From contig CAKPIA010000004.1 of NCBI GenBank assembly GCA_934162205.1, positions 61,466 through 93,465 on the forward strand: DNA of 32,000 bases. Reading direction: 5' to 3'. Position 1 is the first letter of the stretch; every line of letters starts with the position of its first letter. The position numbers were made by a program, and so were the translations under genes. The stretch comes from an uncultured Clostridia bacterium. Its GTDB lineage: Bacteria; Bacillota; Clostridia; TANB77; CAG-508. The notes beneath the pieces were generated by a model. That model saw only the letters and a program-made list of their open reading frames with translations. It ran no database searches and was not told the DNA's origin. Of the stretch, positions 1 through 8,721 are shown in pieces.

Positions 1-294
1 TATTCATTATTAATAAATAAATTAAAAATCGCACCAGATAAATTAAATGAAATAAAAAATAATTCAGGAGGAATTATTGATATAAATGGTTCTAAAATTG
101 GAATATATAAAGACATTAACGGGAAAATTTTTGCTGTTAAACCTATGTGCACTCATTTAGGTTGTTTACTTTCTTGGAATGATTTAGATAAAACTTGGGA
201 TTGTCCATGCCATGGATCTAGATTTAATTATGATGGAAAAAATCTGTATGACCCCGCATTTAAGAATTTGGAGATTTTTGATATAAATTCTTGA
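1..294 (+). CDS. 3' end of a Rieske [2Fe-2S] domain protein (5' part outside window)
   Basis: Frame 1 is open from base 1 to TGA 292-294. The translation ...KPMCTHLGCLLSWNDLDKTWDCPCHGSRF... carries both Rieske ligand motifs (C-x-H and C-x-x-H). Confidence 0.7.
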   Translation, partial: YSLLINKLKIAPDKLNEIKNNSGGIIDINGSKIGIYKDINGKIFAVKPMCTHLGCLLSWNDLDKTWDCPCHGSRFNYDGKNLYDPAFKNLEIFDINS

Positions 295-310
295 AATTTA
301 TGTTTTTTTA

Positions 311-339
311 TTGACTTATATTTCTCTTTTTGCTACAAT
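311..339 (+). promoter_or_regulatory. sigma-A-type promoter candidate
   Basis: TTGACT (311-316), 17-nt spacer, TACAAT (334-339). Confidence 0.4.
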
Positions 340-383
340 ACCAGTATAAATCATATATTTATATGTTTTATTTTTTGTTTATT

Positions 384-426
384 GAACTAGATTCCTTCTT
401 AACTGGCTATCTAGTTCTTTTATTTT
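384..426 (+). terminator. intrinsic terminator-like hairpin
   Basis: 9-bp stem gaactagat / atctagttc (384-392 / 409-417) followed by ttttatttt. Confidence 0.45.
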
Positions 427-538
427 GTATTATTTTTTAAATTTTTCATATATGAAAGATATTTTTTTATATAATTTATATCATACTTTTTTTATTTTCT
501 TATATAATATTACATCATTACTTAAGGAGGGAAAAAGT

Positions 539-724
539 ATGTTTACAACAAAGGACAAGACAAAAGTACAAGAGCTTATTAAACAAAAGGGGGGATTTAA
601 AAACTTTATAAAATATTATGGTTCTAATGATGTTACTATCGAAGAAAAGGAATCATTAGAACATATTTTATTTTTTAATGGTGAATTCTCCTTATTAGCA
701 GCTCTTTATTACGCATCCGAATAA
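539..724 (+). CDS. small hypothetical protein (61 aa)
   Basis: ORF-track ORF 425..724 trimmed to the ATG at 539, which lies 7 nt after AAGGAGGG (524-531). A terminator follows the stop. No family recognised. Confidence 0.5.
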   Translation: MFTTKDKTKVQELIKQKGGFKNFIKYYGSNDVTIEEKESLEHILFFNGEFSLLAALYYASE

Positions 725-742
725 TTTTTCCTGTCAATTCTA

Positions 743-772
743 AAGGACCTTGTGTACAAGGTCTTTTTATTT
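743..772 (+). terminator. intrinsic terminator
   Basis: Hairpin gaccttg-tgta-caaggtc (746-763) followed by a T-run, directly after the stop at 724. Confidence 0.6.
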
Positions 773-847
773 TTGAATTTATTAATTTTTAAATTCAAAA
801 AATTATATAAAACCTTTATTTATATATGAAAAGATTATAATCTTATA

Positions 848-2290
848 TCATCTTATCTTTCTACAATAATTTAAACATATCCAACCTGATTTGGTTAATC
901 CCCAATTACTACTTGTTCTGATTACTGTACATATAACACCTTTTCTATAACCGTTATATTGTCCCCCTAATCTTCTATTTTGTAATCTTGCATTTTCAGA
1001 TAATTGTCTATAATTTTTTCTCGAATATTTTGTACTAGACCCATTTCTCACATTTATATTTGTTATTACTTTATATTTACCTATACTATAGTTATTATAT
1101 TGTCCTTCAACATAATTTTTTGATTTTGATACATAATTATTTGTTAAATAATTACTTGAAACCCATTCATTGTTTCCTATTTTACTCCAATCTCCCATAG
1201 TTTCAATAACAGTCACTTCTGTTCCTTTTGTAAGACTACTAACAATTGTCCCGTTTGGTTCAGTTCTTACATTTAAATTTTTACTCTTTGTGTTTACATA
1301 CATTTTATATGTTTTATTATTATCACTATTATTATTTTCTAAATTTCCTTCATCATTTGAAAACACCCAAAAATGTTTATAATTAGAATATCTTTTAAAA
1401 TTCTCTTCTGTTAAATATTCACTATTTCCATCAACTGTTACATTTGCATTTTTACGACTAGCTGTATTGAATTTTCCTTTATATAAATATGAGTCATATA
1501 CTCTTATAATTCTATTGCTATTTGAAACCAGCATTATATAATGACCTCCTGTTGTAAATAATCCGCTTCCTACTGAACATGCTATATAATACTTACTTGT
1601 TCCCGAATTATTTTTTTGTTTCAAATACTCCATTGCTTTATCAAAAGAATTTATACTATAAAATTCTGAAAACTTAAAATAGTCAGCTACAAAAGAATAA
1701 AAACTCCAAGCTGTTCCACTATTTGCTGTTCTATATCCATTGTCTACACTTAATCTTGCCATTGTAGTAGGTAATATTGCACCTTTTGCACTTGAAATAA
1801 TCATTGCAGCAGTTGTTGGTCCACAGGCACTAGTTTTCATTGTTTGAGCTCTATTATTTATACTAGAATACATTATATTAGCCCATCTACTATCTGCTTG
1901 ATTATAATATGTTAATCCTTGATATTTACCTAATAAAGATAAACCTTCGCCTGTATGATCTCCATCATAACTTATATTTTCTTGATCAACTATTGCATCT
2001 GTTTCTAGTGCTTCATTATCTGTTATATTTTTCTCTTCTTGTTCTGAACCTTCTATCTCTTCAGTAGTAGATAATTTTTCATTTCTATTTACTATTTCTT
2101 TTGTTTGATCAGATAATTTTTTTGTTTCTTCTGATATTATAATTTCATTTTCAACTTTATTACTAATTTTTCTTTGTAATTCATCTATTTCGTTTTGCAT
2201 TTTTATATTTTTTACATATAATTTATAAATACAAACATTCATTATTGAAAAAAGAATAATTATTAACACTACTAATATTTTCTTTTTCAT
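848..2290 (-). CDS. membrane-anchored peptidase C39-like cysteine peptidase with two C-terminal SH3b-like domains (probable cell-wall-associated hydrolase)
   Basis: 480-aa ORF with SD GGAGA upstream. It has an N-terminal TM helix and a coiled-coil/acidic linker. The motifs SACGPTTAAMIISS and GGHYIMLV resemble the Cys/His of C39-like peptidases. Two SH3_3-like repeats are present (NVRTEPNG...W / NVRNGSS...W). Confidence 0.65.
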   Translation of the reverse strand: MKKKILVVLIIILFSIMNVCIYKLYVKNIKMQNEIDELQRKISNKVENEIIISEETKKLSDQTKEIVNRNEKLSTTEEIEGSEQEEKNITDNEALETDAIVDQENISYDGDHTGEGLSLLGKYQGLTYYNQADSRWANIMYSSINNRAQTMKTSACGPTTAAMIISSAKGAILPTTMARLSVDNGYRTANSGTAWSFYSFVADYFKFSEFYSINSFDKAMEYLKQKNNSGTSKYYIACSVGSGLFTTGGHYIMLVSNSNRIIRVYDSYLYKGKFNTASRKNANVTVDGNSEYLTEENFKRYSNYKHFWVFSNDEGNLENNNSDNNKTYKMYVNTKSKNLNVRTEPNGTIVSSLTKGTEVTVIETMGDWSKIGNNEWVSSNYLTNNYVSKSKNYVEGQYNNYSIGKYKVITNINVRNGSSTKYSRKNYRQLSENARLQNRRLGGQYNGYRKGVICTVIRTSSNWGLTKSGWICLNYCRKIR

Positions 2291-2706
2291 ATTAATATCT
2301 CTCCTATTATTATTGTCTTTATATATTATATGTTTTGTTTTTTATTATGTTTATTTTTTAGTCAAACTATTTATACAATTTTCTATTGATGGAAAATCTT
2401 TAAATATGGTAAAGTCGAGATACTCTAACCAAATGTTTTTTATTTATCAAATACTTTAAAGTGGTATTAGAATAGCTATATAAACACAAAATTTACAAAT
2501 CTGGAAAAAAATGTTATACTATTACGCAAATGTAGAATGAATATCTAAAAACTTGACATAGAAAAATAATAGAAGCTATGTTTTAAAAATTTTAGTAAGA
2601 ATTAATTAAATTGAGAACGAACCATACTCCTATTACACTGAACAAAATATTAGTTTTTTATTAAAAGCTTAATATATATAAAATAATGAAAGGATAATGT
2701 AAAGAA

Positions 2707-3240
2707 ATGAGAAAAAAATTTATAAGCAAAACATATTTACGTGGCGTTTCTGATTGGGACTTTGTTATGCAAAAGCAAAAAACAGAAAATTACTATCTAA
2801 GCATAAAAAAAATAAATGAAATTGATCAACCTTTTATTGTTAATATCTCAGGACAAAATGTTGTATACATTGACAATGGATACTATATAGTAGAATTCAC
2901 GCCATTAGAGCAATTTTACAATGCAAGAGTATTTCTTGATACAAATGCTGAAGTGCTAGGATATTATTTTGATATAAGTCGCGGAAATGGTGTTGAGGAA
3001 AATATACCATATTATGATGACTTGTATTTAGATATTATCCACTGTCCGGCAAATAATAATTTTACAGTAATTGATGATGAAGATGAATTGTTAGAGGCAT
3101 TAAATACTGGAAAAATATCAAGTGAAGAATTCGCTTTAGCAAATAAGGTTTGTTCTAAACTGTTTGAAGAAATTCTAGCAAATAAAAATAAATTTGTTAA
3201 CATGAATAAGAAAGAATTAATTCAAAGATGGTTTAAATAA
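2707..3240 (+). CDS. DUF402 family protein (Ntdp/FomD-like nucleoside di/triphosphatase fold)
   Basis: 177-aa ORF. The stretch YYFDISRG...IPYYDDLYLDIIH resembles the conserved DUF402 core. Confidence 0.55.
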   Translation: MRKKFISKTYLRGVSDWDFVMQKQKTENYYLSIKKINEIDQPFIVNISGQNVVYIDNGYYIVEFTPLEQFYNARVFLDTNAEVLGYYFDISRGNGVEENIPYYDDLYLDIIHCPANNNFTVIDDEDELLEALNTGKISSEEFALANKVCSKLFEEILANKNKFVNMNKKELIQRWFK

Positions 3241-3464
3241 AAATTTCATTTTCATTTCCAATATCTTTACGCAATATATTATAACCATCTAATTCTTTAA
3301 TAAAACATTCTTTTATATACCTAATATTATTTATTGTTAAAAATAACATTTTTTCTCCTTTTAATTATACAAATGATAATTTGTATAAAAGCATTATATT
3401 ATAAACTTTAATTAAAGAATATCAATTTATTATATATAACTTTTTATAATTTGTAAATAAATAT

Positions 3465-3498
3465 AAAAATACTGAAAACATCAGTTTTCAGTATTTTT
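3465..3498. terminator. bidirectional terminator hairpin after the tRNA-Arg/tRNA-Pro unit
   Basis: Perfect 15-bp arms aaaaatactgaaaac / gttttcagtattttt with loop atca, abutting the tRNA-Pro 3' end. Confidence 0.6.
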
Positions 3499-3499
3499 A

Positions 3500-3575
3500 T
3501 GGTCGAGGTGACAGGGATCGAACCTGCGACCTCATGGTCCCAAACCACGCGCGCTACCAACTGCGCTACACCTCG
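3500..3575 (-). tRNA. tRNA-Pro (anticodon UGG)
   Basis: The reverse complement folds as a cloverleaf: acceptor CGAGGTG/CACCTCG, anticodon loop TTTGGGA, T-loop GGTTCGATCC, encoded CCA. Confidence 0.9.
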
Positions 3576-3667
3576 ATAAAATAACAATAATAATATTACC
3601 ACAATTTAATACTTTTTTCAAGTGTTTTTTAAAATTTGTTTAATATTATATGAAAAAAAATATATTA

Positions 3668-3744
3668 TGGTGCACCCGGAGGGATTCGAACCCCCGATCT
3701 TCAGGTTCGTAGCCTGACATTCTATCCAACTAAACTACGAGTGC
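3668..3744 (-). tRNA. tRNA-Arg (anticodon ACG)
   Basis: The reverse complement has acceptor GCACTCG/CGGGTGC, anticodon stem TCAGG/CCTGA with loop CTACGAA, T-loop GGTTCGAATCC and encoded CCA. Confidence 0.9.
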
Positions 3745-3894
3745 AAATATATCAAAACTTTTTTAAGTATAGCACAAAAACCAATAATATACAACAAAAT
3801 TAATTAAATTGTTTTAATTTGTTAAAATCTTAATTATATAAAAAATAAAAATATAACCCAATTTAATTAGATTATATTTTTATTATATTATTTA

Positions 3895-6396
3895 CTATTT
3901 TTTTATTATATCTATATTATCCTCAATTATTTTATTAGCAATATTTTCTTCAATTTCAAATGGTGTTATATAGCCCTTTAAGGTTTTTGCTTTGTAATTT
4001 AAATTTTCATTTTTTCTATTTACATATATTTTTGATTTTGCTTTTCCATTTTTAGCTTCTTGAACCAAATTTGATACAGGAGAATGCCCATCAAATGCTA
4101 TTACTATTGAAAATCTTCTTTCAAAAATCTCATAATTAAAACTTTTATATATTCCAAAATCTTCACTTTCTGTTGATATACGGACTCCTGTTATATTAGA
4201 TTTTAAAATATTTTCGGATATATTTTTTTCTATCATTTTAGGTATTATAGCATAAACTTCAATTTTTTTATTTAACTCTTGACACAATTCTAAAACAGCT
4301 TTTTCATATCCTTGTAATTTATGTCCTATTACAAAAAATACCTTTTTATCATCTAATTTTTTTATCAATTCTCTTAATGAATTAATTCCAGTATCTTCAG
4401 TAATCGTTTCAACATTTTGAGCATTAAAACTTCCACCAGCAACTATTATAGGTGTTTTATCAGTTGGCAACTCTTTTATAATATCTTTTAGTTTTTTACT
4501 TGAATCAACTTTGTTATTTAATCTCAATTTTATATTTTTATTTATATCTTCATTTATAATCTCGTCTTCTAATTGAAGAATAGCCTTTCTTAATGTTCTT
4601 CCATTTAAAAATTTATCAAAATCTTTTGATTTTTTTATAAAATATTTTTTATTTTCTTTTATAATCTCATCTTCTACATCTCTCATTTTTTCAAAATCTT
4701 CTGATTTTAATTCCAATAAATTTTGCATTGCTAATTGTTCTTCAATTGTGTCTGTTCCATAAAATCCACAGCCATCTGTTCCTTGTACACATTTTACTCC
4801 ATTATCTAAATATTTTTTTAAAGGATGTCCTTCTATTTTACTTAAATTATTTAATCTAACATTTGATGTTAATTGAAATTCCATAACAGCATTTGATTTT
4901 TTTATTTCTTTAATTAATTTTTTTCCTTCTTCACTATCTAACTCTGGAGTATATAATCCGTGTCCTATTCTAACCCTAGGCATTTTTTGACCTTTTTCAG
5001 TTGATTTTCTAACTAATTGTATTGATTTTAAAACATTATTTCTTAAACTATCATTTTCTCCAGCATGTATTCTTATTGTAAATCCGTTATTTTGTGCAAC
5101 AGCAAATTGTGTTATTTCTTTTATCGCTGGTTTTAATTCAGAAATATCATTTATTTCTTCTCCAATAAAATCACTTCCAACAACATATGGACTTCTTGAT
5201 ACTGCTTTTAAAACGCTTAAATTTTCTCTTAAATAATCACTACTTGTTATATTATCTTTAATAATAGTTAATGGAATTCTTCTTATTGCTACTAAAAATC
5301 TTATTGTTACTCCTGTTTCCGCTTCTATTTTTGGCATAATATCATGTATTTCTTCTAACAATTCTATTGCTGGAAGTCCTTTTTTAGTTAGTGTGGTATC
5401 AGCAATTTCTACATAATAAATTCCCTGTTTTTGATATTCCCTAGCAATCCATAATAATTTATCTTGTCTTAAATTATTTTTTGCATAAATACTTTCTCTT
5501 TTTTTATCCTCAAGCATTTTTATTACAGCTTCTTTTATATCTTTTTGGTAGATTTCATTTATTTTATTTATATCCAATTTTATTTTTTCTTTACTTTCTG
5601 TTCCTTTTGCAAAAATATATCTATATAAATAAACTTTTTCTAAGTTTGTAAAAACTGCTTGTCCATCTTTTAATATAGCTAAACTTGCTCTTATTTTTTC
5701 AATATTTTCCTTTGAATTTTCTAAATTATTTAAAATAAAATCAGCAAAATTTATAAAAGTATTATCATCAATTCTTCTTGTTAAGTATTTTCCTTTTAAT
5801 TCCGAATTTTCAAAATCTTTTTCCACTAATTTTCTTTGTTCATATATTTTTTCTTCTTGTTCTTTTGTTAATTTTAGTTTTAATTTTTTTATATAGTATA
5901 AAGGATATTTTATTTGATGAGTTATTCCTAACGCAATTAATATATCAGGAGATAAATTAGCATTCATATGTGTATGTAAATCTGTTCTAAATTTTGTTTT
6001 CTTAAATAAATAAAATTTAACAATAGTTTTATCTACTCCAAATCTATAATCTTTTGTTTGAGACATTAAAGTTTTCATTATTGATGGAATCTTTGCTTTT
6101 AATTCTATTTTTCCATTTTTAAATATATTAGCTATTTTTATTCCACCAAGTCTTAAAATATATACTTCTTCATTATCTCCATTAATACTTGCAGGTATTA
6201 CTCCTGTAATTATTTTCATATCATTTTTATTTTTTACAGTTTCTAGGTCACAAATTCTTGCTAAATTAGTTATTAAATTTCCTGTATTATGATTGGGAGT
6301 TTCTAGAACATACTTAATTTCATCTTCTCCTTTATCATACAATTTTATTATTATATCTTTTTCCTTATCCAAATATATTTCATTTATAAACTTCAT
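3895..6396 (-). CDS. large adenosine/AMP-deaminase-like metallohydrolase with C-terminal LOG/SLOG-like Rossmann domain
   Basis: 833-aa ORF. Deaminase motifs appear in canonical order (DLHTHMN, IRIHAGEN, RIGHG, QGTDGCG). The C-terminal ~200 aa (PIIVAGGSF...VFFVIGHKLQGYEKAV...IAFDGHSPVSNLVQEA) resemble LOG/SLOG. The N-terminal ~130 aa are unassigned. Confidence 0.6.
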   Translation of the reverse strand: MKFINEIYLDKEKDIIIKLYDKGEDEIKYVLETPNHNTGNLITNLARICDLETVKNKNDMKIITGVIPASINGDNEEVYILRLGGIKIANIFKNGKIELKAKIPSIMKTLMSQTKDYRFGVDKTIVKFYLFKKTKFRTDLHTHMNANLSPDILIALGITHQIKYPLYYIKKLKLKLTKEQEEKIYEQRKLVEKDFENSELKGKYLTRRIDDNTFINFADFILNNLENSKENIEKIRASLAILKDGQAVFTNLEKVYLYRYIFAKGTESKEKIKLDINKINEIYQKDIKEAVIKMLEDKKRESIYAKNNLRQDKLLWIAREYQKQGIYYVEIADTTLTKKGLPAIELLEEIHDIMPKIEAETGVTIRFLVAIRRIPLTIIKDNITSSDYLRENLSVLKAVSRSPYVVGSDFIGEEINDISELKPAIKEITQFAVAQNNGFTIRIHAGENDSLRNNVLKSIQLVRKSTEKGQKMPRVRIGHGLYTPELDSEEGKKLIKEIKKSNAVMEFQLTSNVRLNNLSKIEGHPLKKYLDNGVKCVQGTDGCGFYGTDTIEEQLAMQNLLELKSEDFEKMRDVEDEIIKENKKYFIKKSKDFDKFLNGRTLRKAILQLEDEIINEDINKNIKLRLNNKVDSSKKLKDIIKELPTDKTPIIVAGGSFNAQNVETITEDTGINSLRELIKKLDDKKVFFVIGHKLQGYEKAVLELCQELNKKIEVYAIIPKMIEKNISENILKSNITGVRISTESEDFGIYKSFNYEIFERRFSIVIAFDGHSPVSNLVQEAKNGKAKSKIYVNRKNENLNYKAKTLKGYITPFEIEENIANKIIEDNIDIIKK

Positions 6397-6418
6397 TTTA
6401 CTATCTCTTTCTTACAAA

Positions 6419-7267
6419 TTATCTTATAATCTCGCTTTCAAAATATTTTTCTTGAAAATTAGTTAATTCTCTTATTTGTTCATCTGTATAATCTTTTTCT
6501 TCTGGAGCAATTACTAATTTATCATCATTATCATTTGTTCTATGTATTACTGCAATACATTTTCCATCAAATTCTTCAATCGCTCTATTTTCTCCTAAAA
6601 CATAACAATCTAATTCTTCTTTGTCACTACTTACTGTGTTTGGAACATATCCATAATTAACTTTATATTCAAAATTATATTTAGGATGTTTACTTCCTAA
6701 TGGTCTATCTACTTTTGTTGTAACATCTTTTCCTATATATCCATATGATTCTCGTGGTTTTAAAGATATTGCTTTCTTATAATCTTCCTCTGTAAAATCA
6801 ATAACTGGTGTGAATTCTCCATGCTCTTTCTTTTTTAAGAATTCATCTATATTAACCCATTTTGCTCCTATTACTTCTTCTTCCTGAAAATTCAAATCTT
6901 CTATATTTATATCTTTTCTAAATACCCATATATCCTTAAAATTAGGAACTAATTTTCCTCCTTTAATTTCTTTTAAATACATAGCTTCTTTTTTAGTAAA
7001 CTCTATTCCTATTTCTTCTTTTACTTCCCTTATTATACCATCTAAACTTGTTTCCCCTTTTAATATTGACCCACTTGCTAATTCCCACATCAATCCAAAC
7101 TTTTTAAAAGGAGCTCTTTTGGTAATTAATATTTCATTTTTAGAATTAAGTATAACTGCTGTTACAACTATATGATATTCACCATCTTTAAATTCATATA
7201 CATCTCTTTCTGCTACTCCACCTGTTTTGTTTTTATTCTCATCATAAATATCCCAAAGTTCTTTCAT
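6419..7267 (-). CDS. Nudix hydrolase fused to an inorganic-pyrophosphatase-like domain
   Basis: 282-aa ORF with SD GGAG. The N-terminal half has the Nudix box GSILKGETSLDGIIREVKEEIGI. The C-terminal half (DRPLGSKHP...NYGYVPNT...EELDCYVLG) resembles the family-I PPase core. The stop lies 22 nt upstream of the next gene, suggesting an operon. Confidence 0.65.
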   Translation of the reverse strand: MKELWDIYDENKNKTGGVAERDVYEFKDGEYHIVVTAVILNSKNEILITKRAPFKKFGLMWELASGSILKGETSLDGIIREVKEEIGIEFTKKEAMYLKEIKGGKLVPNFKDIWVFRKDINIEDLNFQEEEVIGAKWVNIDEFLKKKEHGEFTPVIDFTEEDYKKAISLKPRESYGYIGKDVTTKVDRPLGSKHPKYNFEYKVNYGYVPNTVSSDKEELDCYVLGENRAIEEFDGKCIAVIHRTNDNDDKLVIAPEEKDYTDEQIRELTNFQEKYFESEIIR

Positions 7268-7284
7268 ATATATTTCTCCTTTAA

Positions 7285-7317
7285 ATTTTTGAAAATTATA
7301 TCATATTTTTCAAAAAT
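7285..7317. promoter_or_regulatory. 11-bp perfect inverted repeat bracketing an extended -10 (TGaTATAAT, minus strand) upstream of the Nudix/deaminase operon
   Basis: Arms atttttgaaaa (7285-7295) and ttttcaaaaat (7307-7317). The minus-strand TATAAT is at 7300..7295, preceded by TG. Confidence 0.35.
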
Positions 7318-7338
7318 TTAAAAGCTTTTTATCACATT

Positions 7339-8457
7339 TTAAGAGCCTAATTGTAGTATTATATCCTTATTTATTTTTCCTCTTGTTATATTTAATTTTA
7401 CTTCATCACCAATATTTTTGGTATAAATGTATTGTTTTAATCTATTCATTGAACTTAATTCAACTCCATCTATTGAATTAATTATATCTCCAACTTTTAA
7501 ATCAACCTTACTTGCTGGACCATTTGGGGTTATTTGGACAACATATATTCCTTTTACAAAATTATTGCTATATGATAAATATGGTATTACTTCTTTATCA
7601 TAAGCATATATTCCTATTTTAGCTTCATCAAACTTATCATTTTCTTTAAATTTATTTATTACTGTTTTTATTGTATTTATAGGAACTGCAAAACCTATTC
7701 CCTCTGCTGATGAAATTTTTACAGTATTTATTCCTATAACATTTCCATTTGGTGTTATTAGTGGTCCTCCACTGTTTCCAGGATTTATTGTTGCATCTGT
7801 TTGAATTAATCCAGACATATATGATGAATTTTCGCTATCCTCTATTTTTATAGTTCTATTCTTTGCACTTACTATACCTGATGTTACCGTTCTTCTAAAC
7901 TCAAAACCTATTGGATTTCCAATTGCATATACAGTTTCACCAACTCTTATATTATCAGAATCTCCAATTGTTACATATTTTAGATTTTTAGCACTTATTT
8001 TTGTAATTGATAAATCTAAATCACTATCTGCCCAAACAACAGTCCCATCATAAGTTCTTCCATTGTCTAATGTAATATAGCATGTGCTAAACTTTTCTCC
8101 CGTAACATGTGAATTACTTAGTATATATCCATTATCTGTTACTATTACACCTGTTCCTATTCCTAATTCTTCTTCACTACTTTTAGAAAAAATAGAATTC
8201 CCATTATTTTTAAATTTAGATATTCCAACAATACAATCTGTAACATTTTCGATTATATCTGCAATATTTTCACTATTTTTTTCTATACTTTCCACAGTTT
8301 GTACGCTATTTGTGGTATAATCTGTCTTTTGCACCTCATAACTTGATTTTATATCTATATTTTGATATGTGTTATATATATAATAAGATATTAATCCTAA
8401 TATTATTAATATTATAAATGTAATAACAAATTTTTTTAATATTCTTCTCTTTTTCAA
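7339..8457 (-). CDS. htrA: HtrA/DegP-family trypsin-like serine protease with PDZ domain
   Basis: 372-aa ORF with a TTG start 7 nt after GGAGG. It has an N-terminal TM helix, the motifs SNSHV ... GNSGGPL, and a C-terminal PDZ-like segment (GIYVVQITPNGPASKVDLKVGDII). Confidence 0.85.
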   Translation of the reverse strand: MKKRRILKKFVITFIILIILGLISYYIYNTYQNIDIKSSYEVQKTDYTTNSVQTVESIEKNSENIADIIENVTDCIVGISKFKNNGNSIFSKSSEEELGIGTGVIVTDNGYILSNSHVTGEKFSTCYITLDNGRTYDGTVVWADSDLDLSITKISAKNLKYVTIGDSDNIRVGETVYAIGNPIGFEFRRTVTSGIVSAKNRTIKIEDSENSSYMSGLIQTDATINPGNSGGPLITPNGNVIGINTVKISSAEGIGFAVPINTIKTVINKFKENDKFDEAKIGIYAYDKEVIPYLSYSNNFVKGIYVVQITPNGPASKVDLKVGDIINSIDGVELSSMNRLKQYIYTKNIGDEVKLNITRGKINKDIILQLGS

Positions 8458-8523
8458 AAATATACCTCCATAAAATTCCTATATTTATATTGTCCTTTTT
8501 GAAAAATTTTTAAACATTTTTTA

Positions 8524-8560
8524 CAATAAAAAAAGATTATCACAAAATATGATAATCTTT
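8524..8560 (-). terminator. intrinsic terminator after tRNA-Lys(CUU)
   Basis: 10-bp arms aaagattatc / gataatcttt (8532-8541 / 8551-8560), with a T-run on the minus strand downstream. Confidence 0.55.
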
Positions 8561-8636
8561 TGGTGGGTCATCGGGGTTTCGAACCCCGGACCTTCAGATT
8601 AAGAGTCTGCTGCTCTACCAGCTGAGCTAATAACCC
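8561..8636 (-). tRNA. tRNA-Lys (anticodon CUU)
   Basis: The reverse complement is GGGTTAT..GCTCAGCTGGTAGAGC.., with anticodon loop CTCTTAA, T-arm CGGGGTTCGAAACCCCG and encoded CCA. Confidence 0.85.
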
Positions 8637-8694
8637 ACATAACACTTATATAAGCATTTTCTATTATACTACTTTTTTTGTTTTTGTCAATATT

Positions 8695-8721
8695 AAAAGA
8701 AGCAGAAAATTCTGCTTCTTT
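8695..8721 (-). terminator. intrinsic terminator after the VanW gene
   Basis: Stem gaagcaga / tctgcttc (8699-8706 / 8711-8718) with loop aaat, flanked by A/T runs. Confidence 0.55.

Noticed and set aside
425-538. N-terminal extension of the small ORF (track start 425).
   Set aside because: The extension is a hydrophobic, AT-driven translation. The strong SD AAGGAGGG is positioned for the internal ATG at 539.
3221-3387. 42-codon minus-strand ORF (3349..3221) with AAGGAG 5 nt upstream, plus a perfect 9-bp palindrome tatacaaat-gata-atttgtata (3366-3387) overlapping a TATAAT.
   Set aside because: The only nearby -10 (3369..3364) would place the transcription start inside the SD. The ORF overlaps the convergent DUF402 gene end by 20 nt and has no recognisable family. 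The palindrome alone is insufficient evidence for an operator.
3895-6396. Canonical RADAR system (RdrB adenosine deaminase).
   Set aside because: No RdrA-like large AAA+ ATPase is adjacent. The neighbours are a Nudix-PPase fusion and tRNA genes, so only the general effector analogy is retained.
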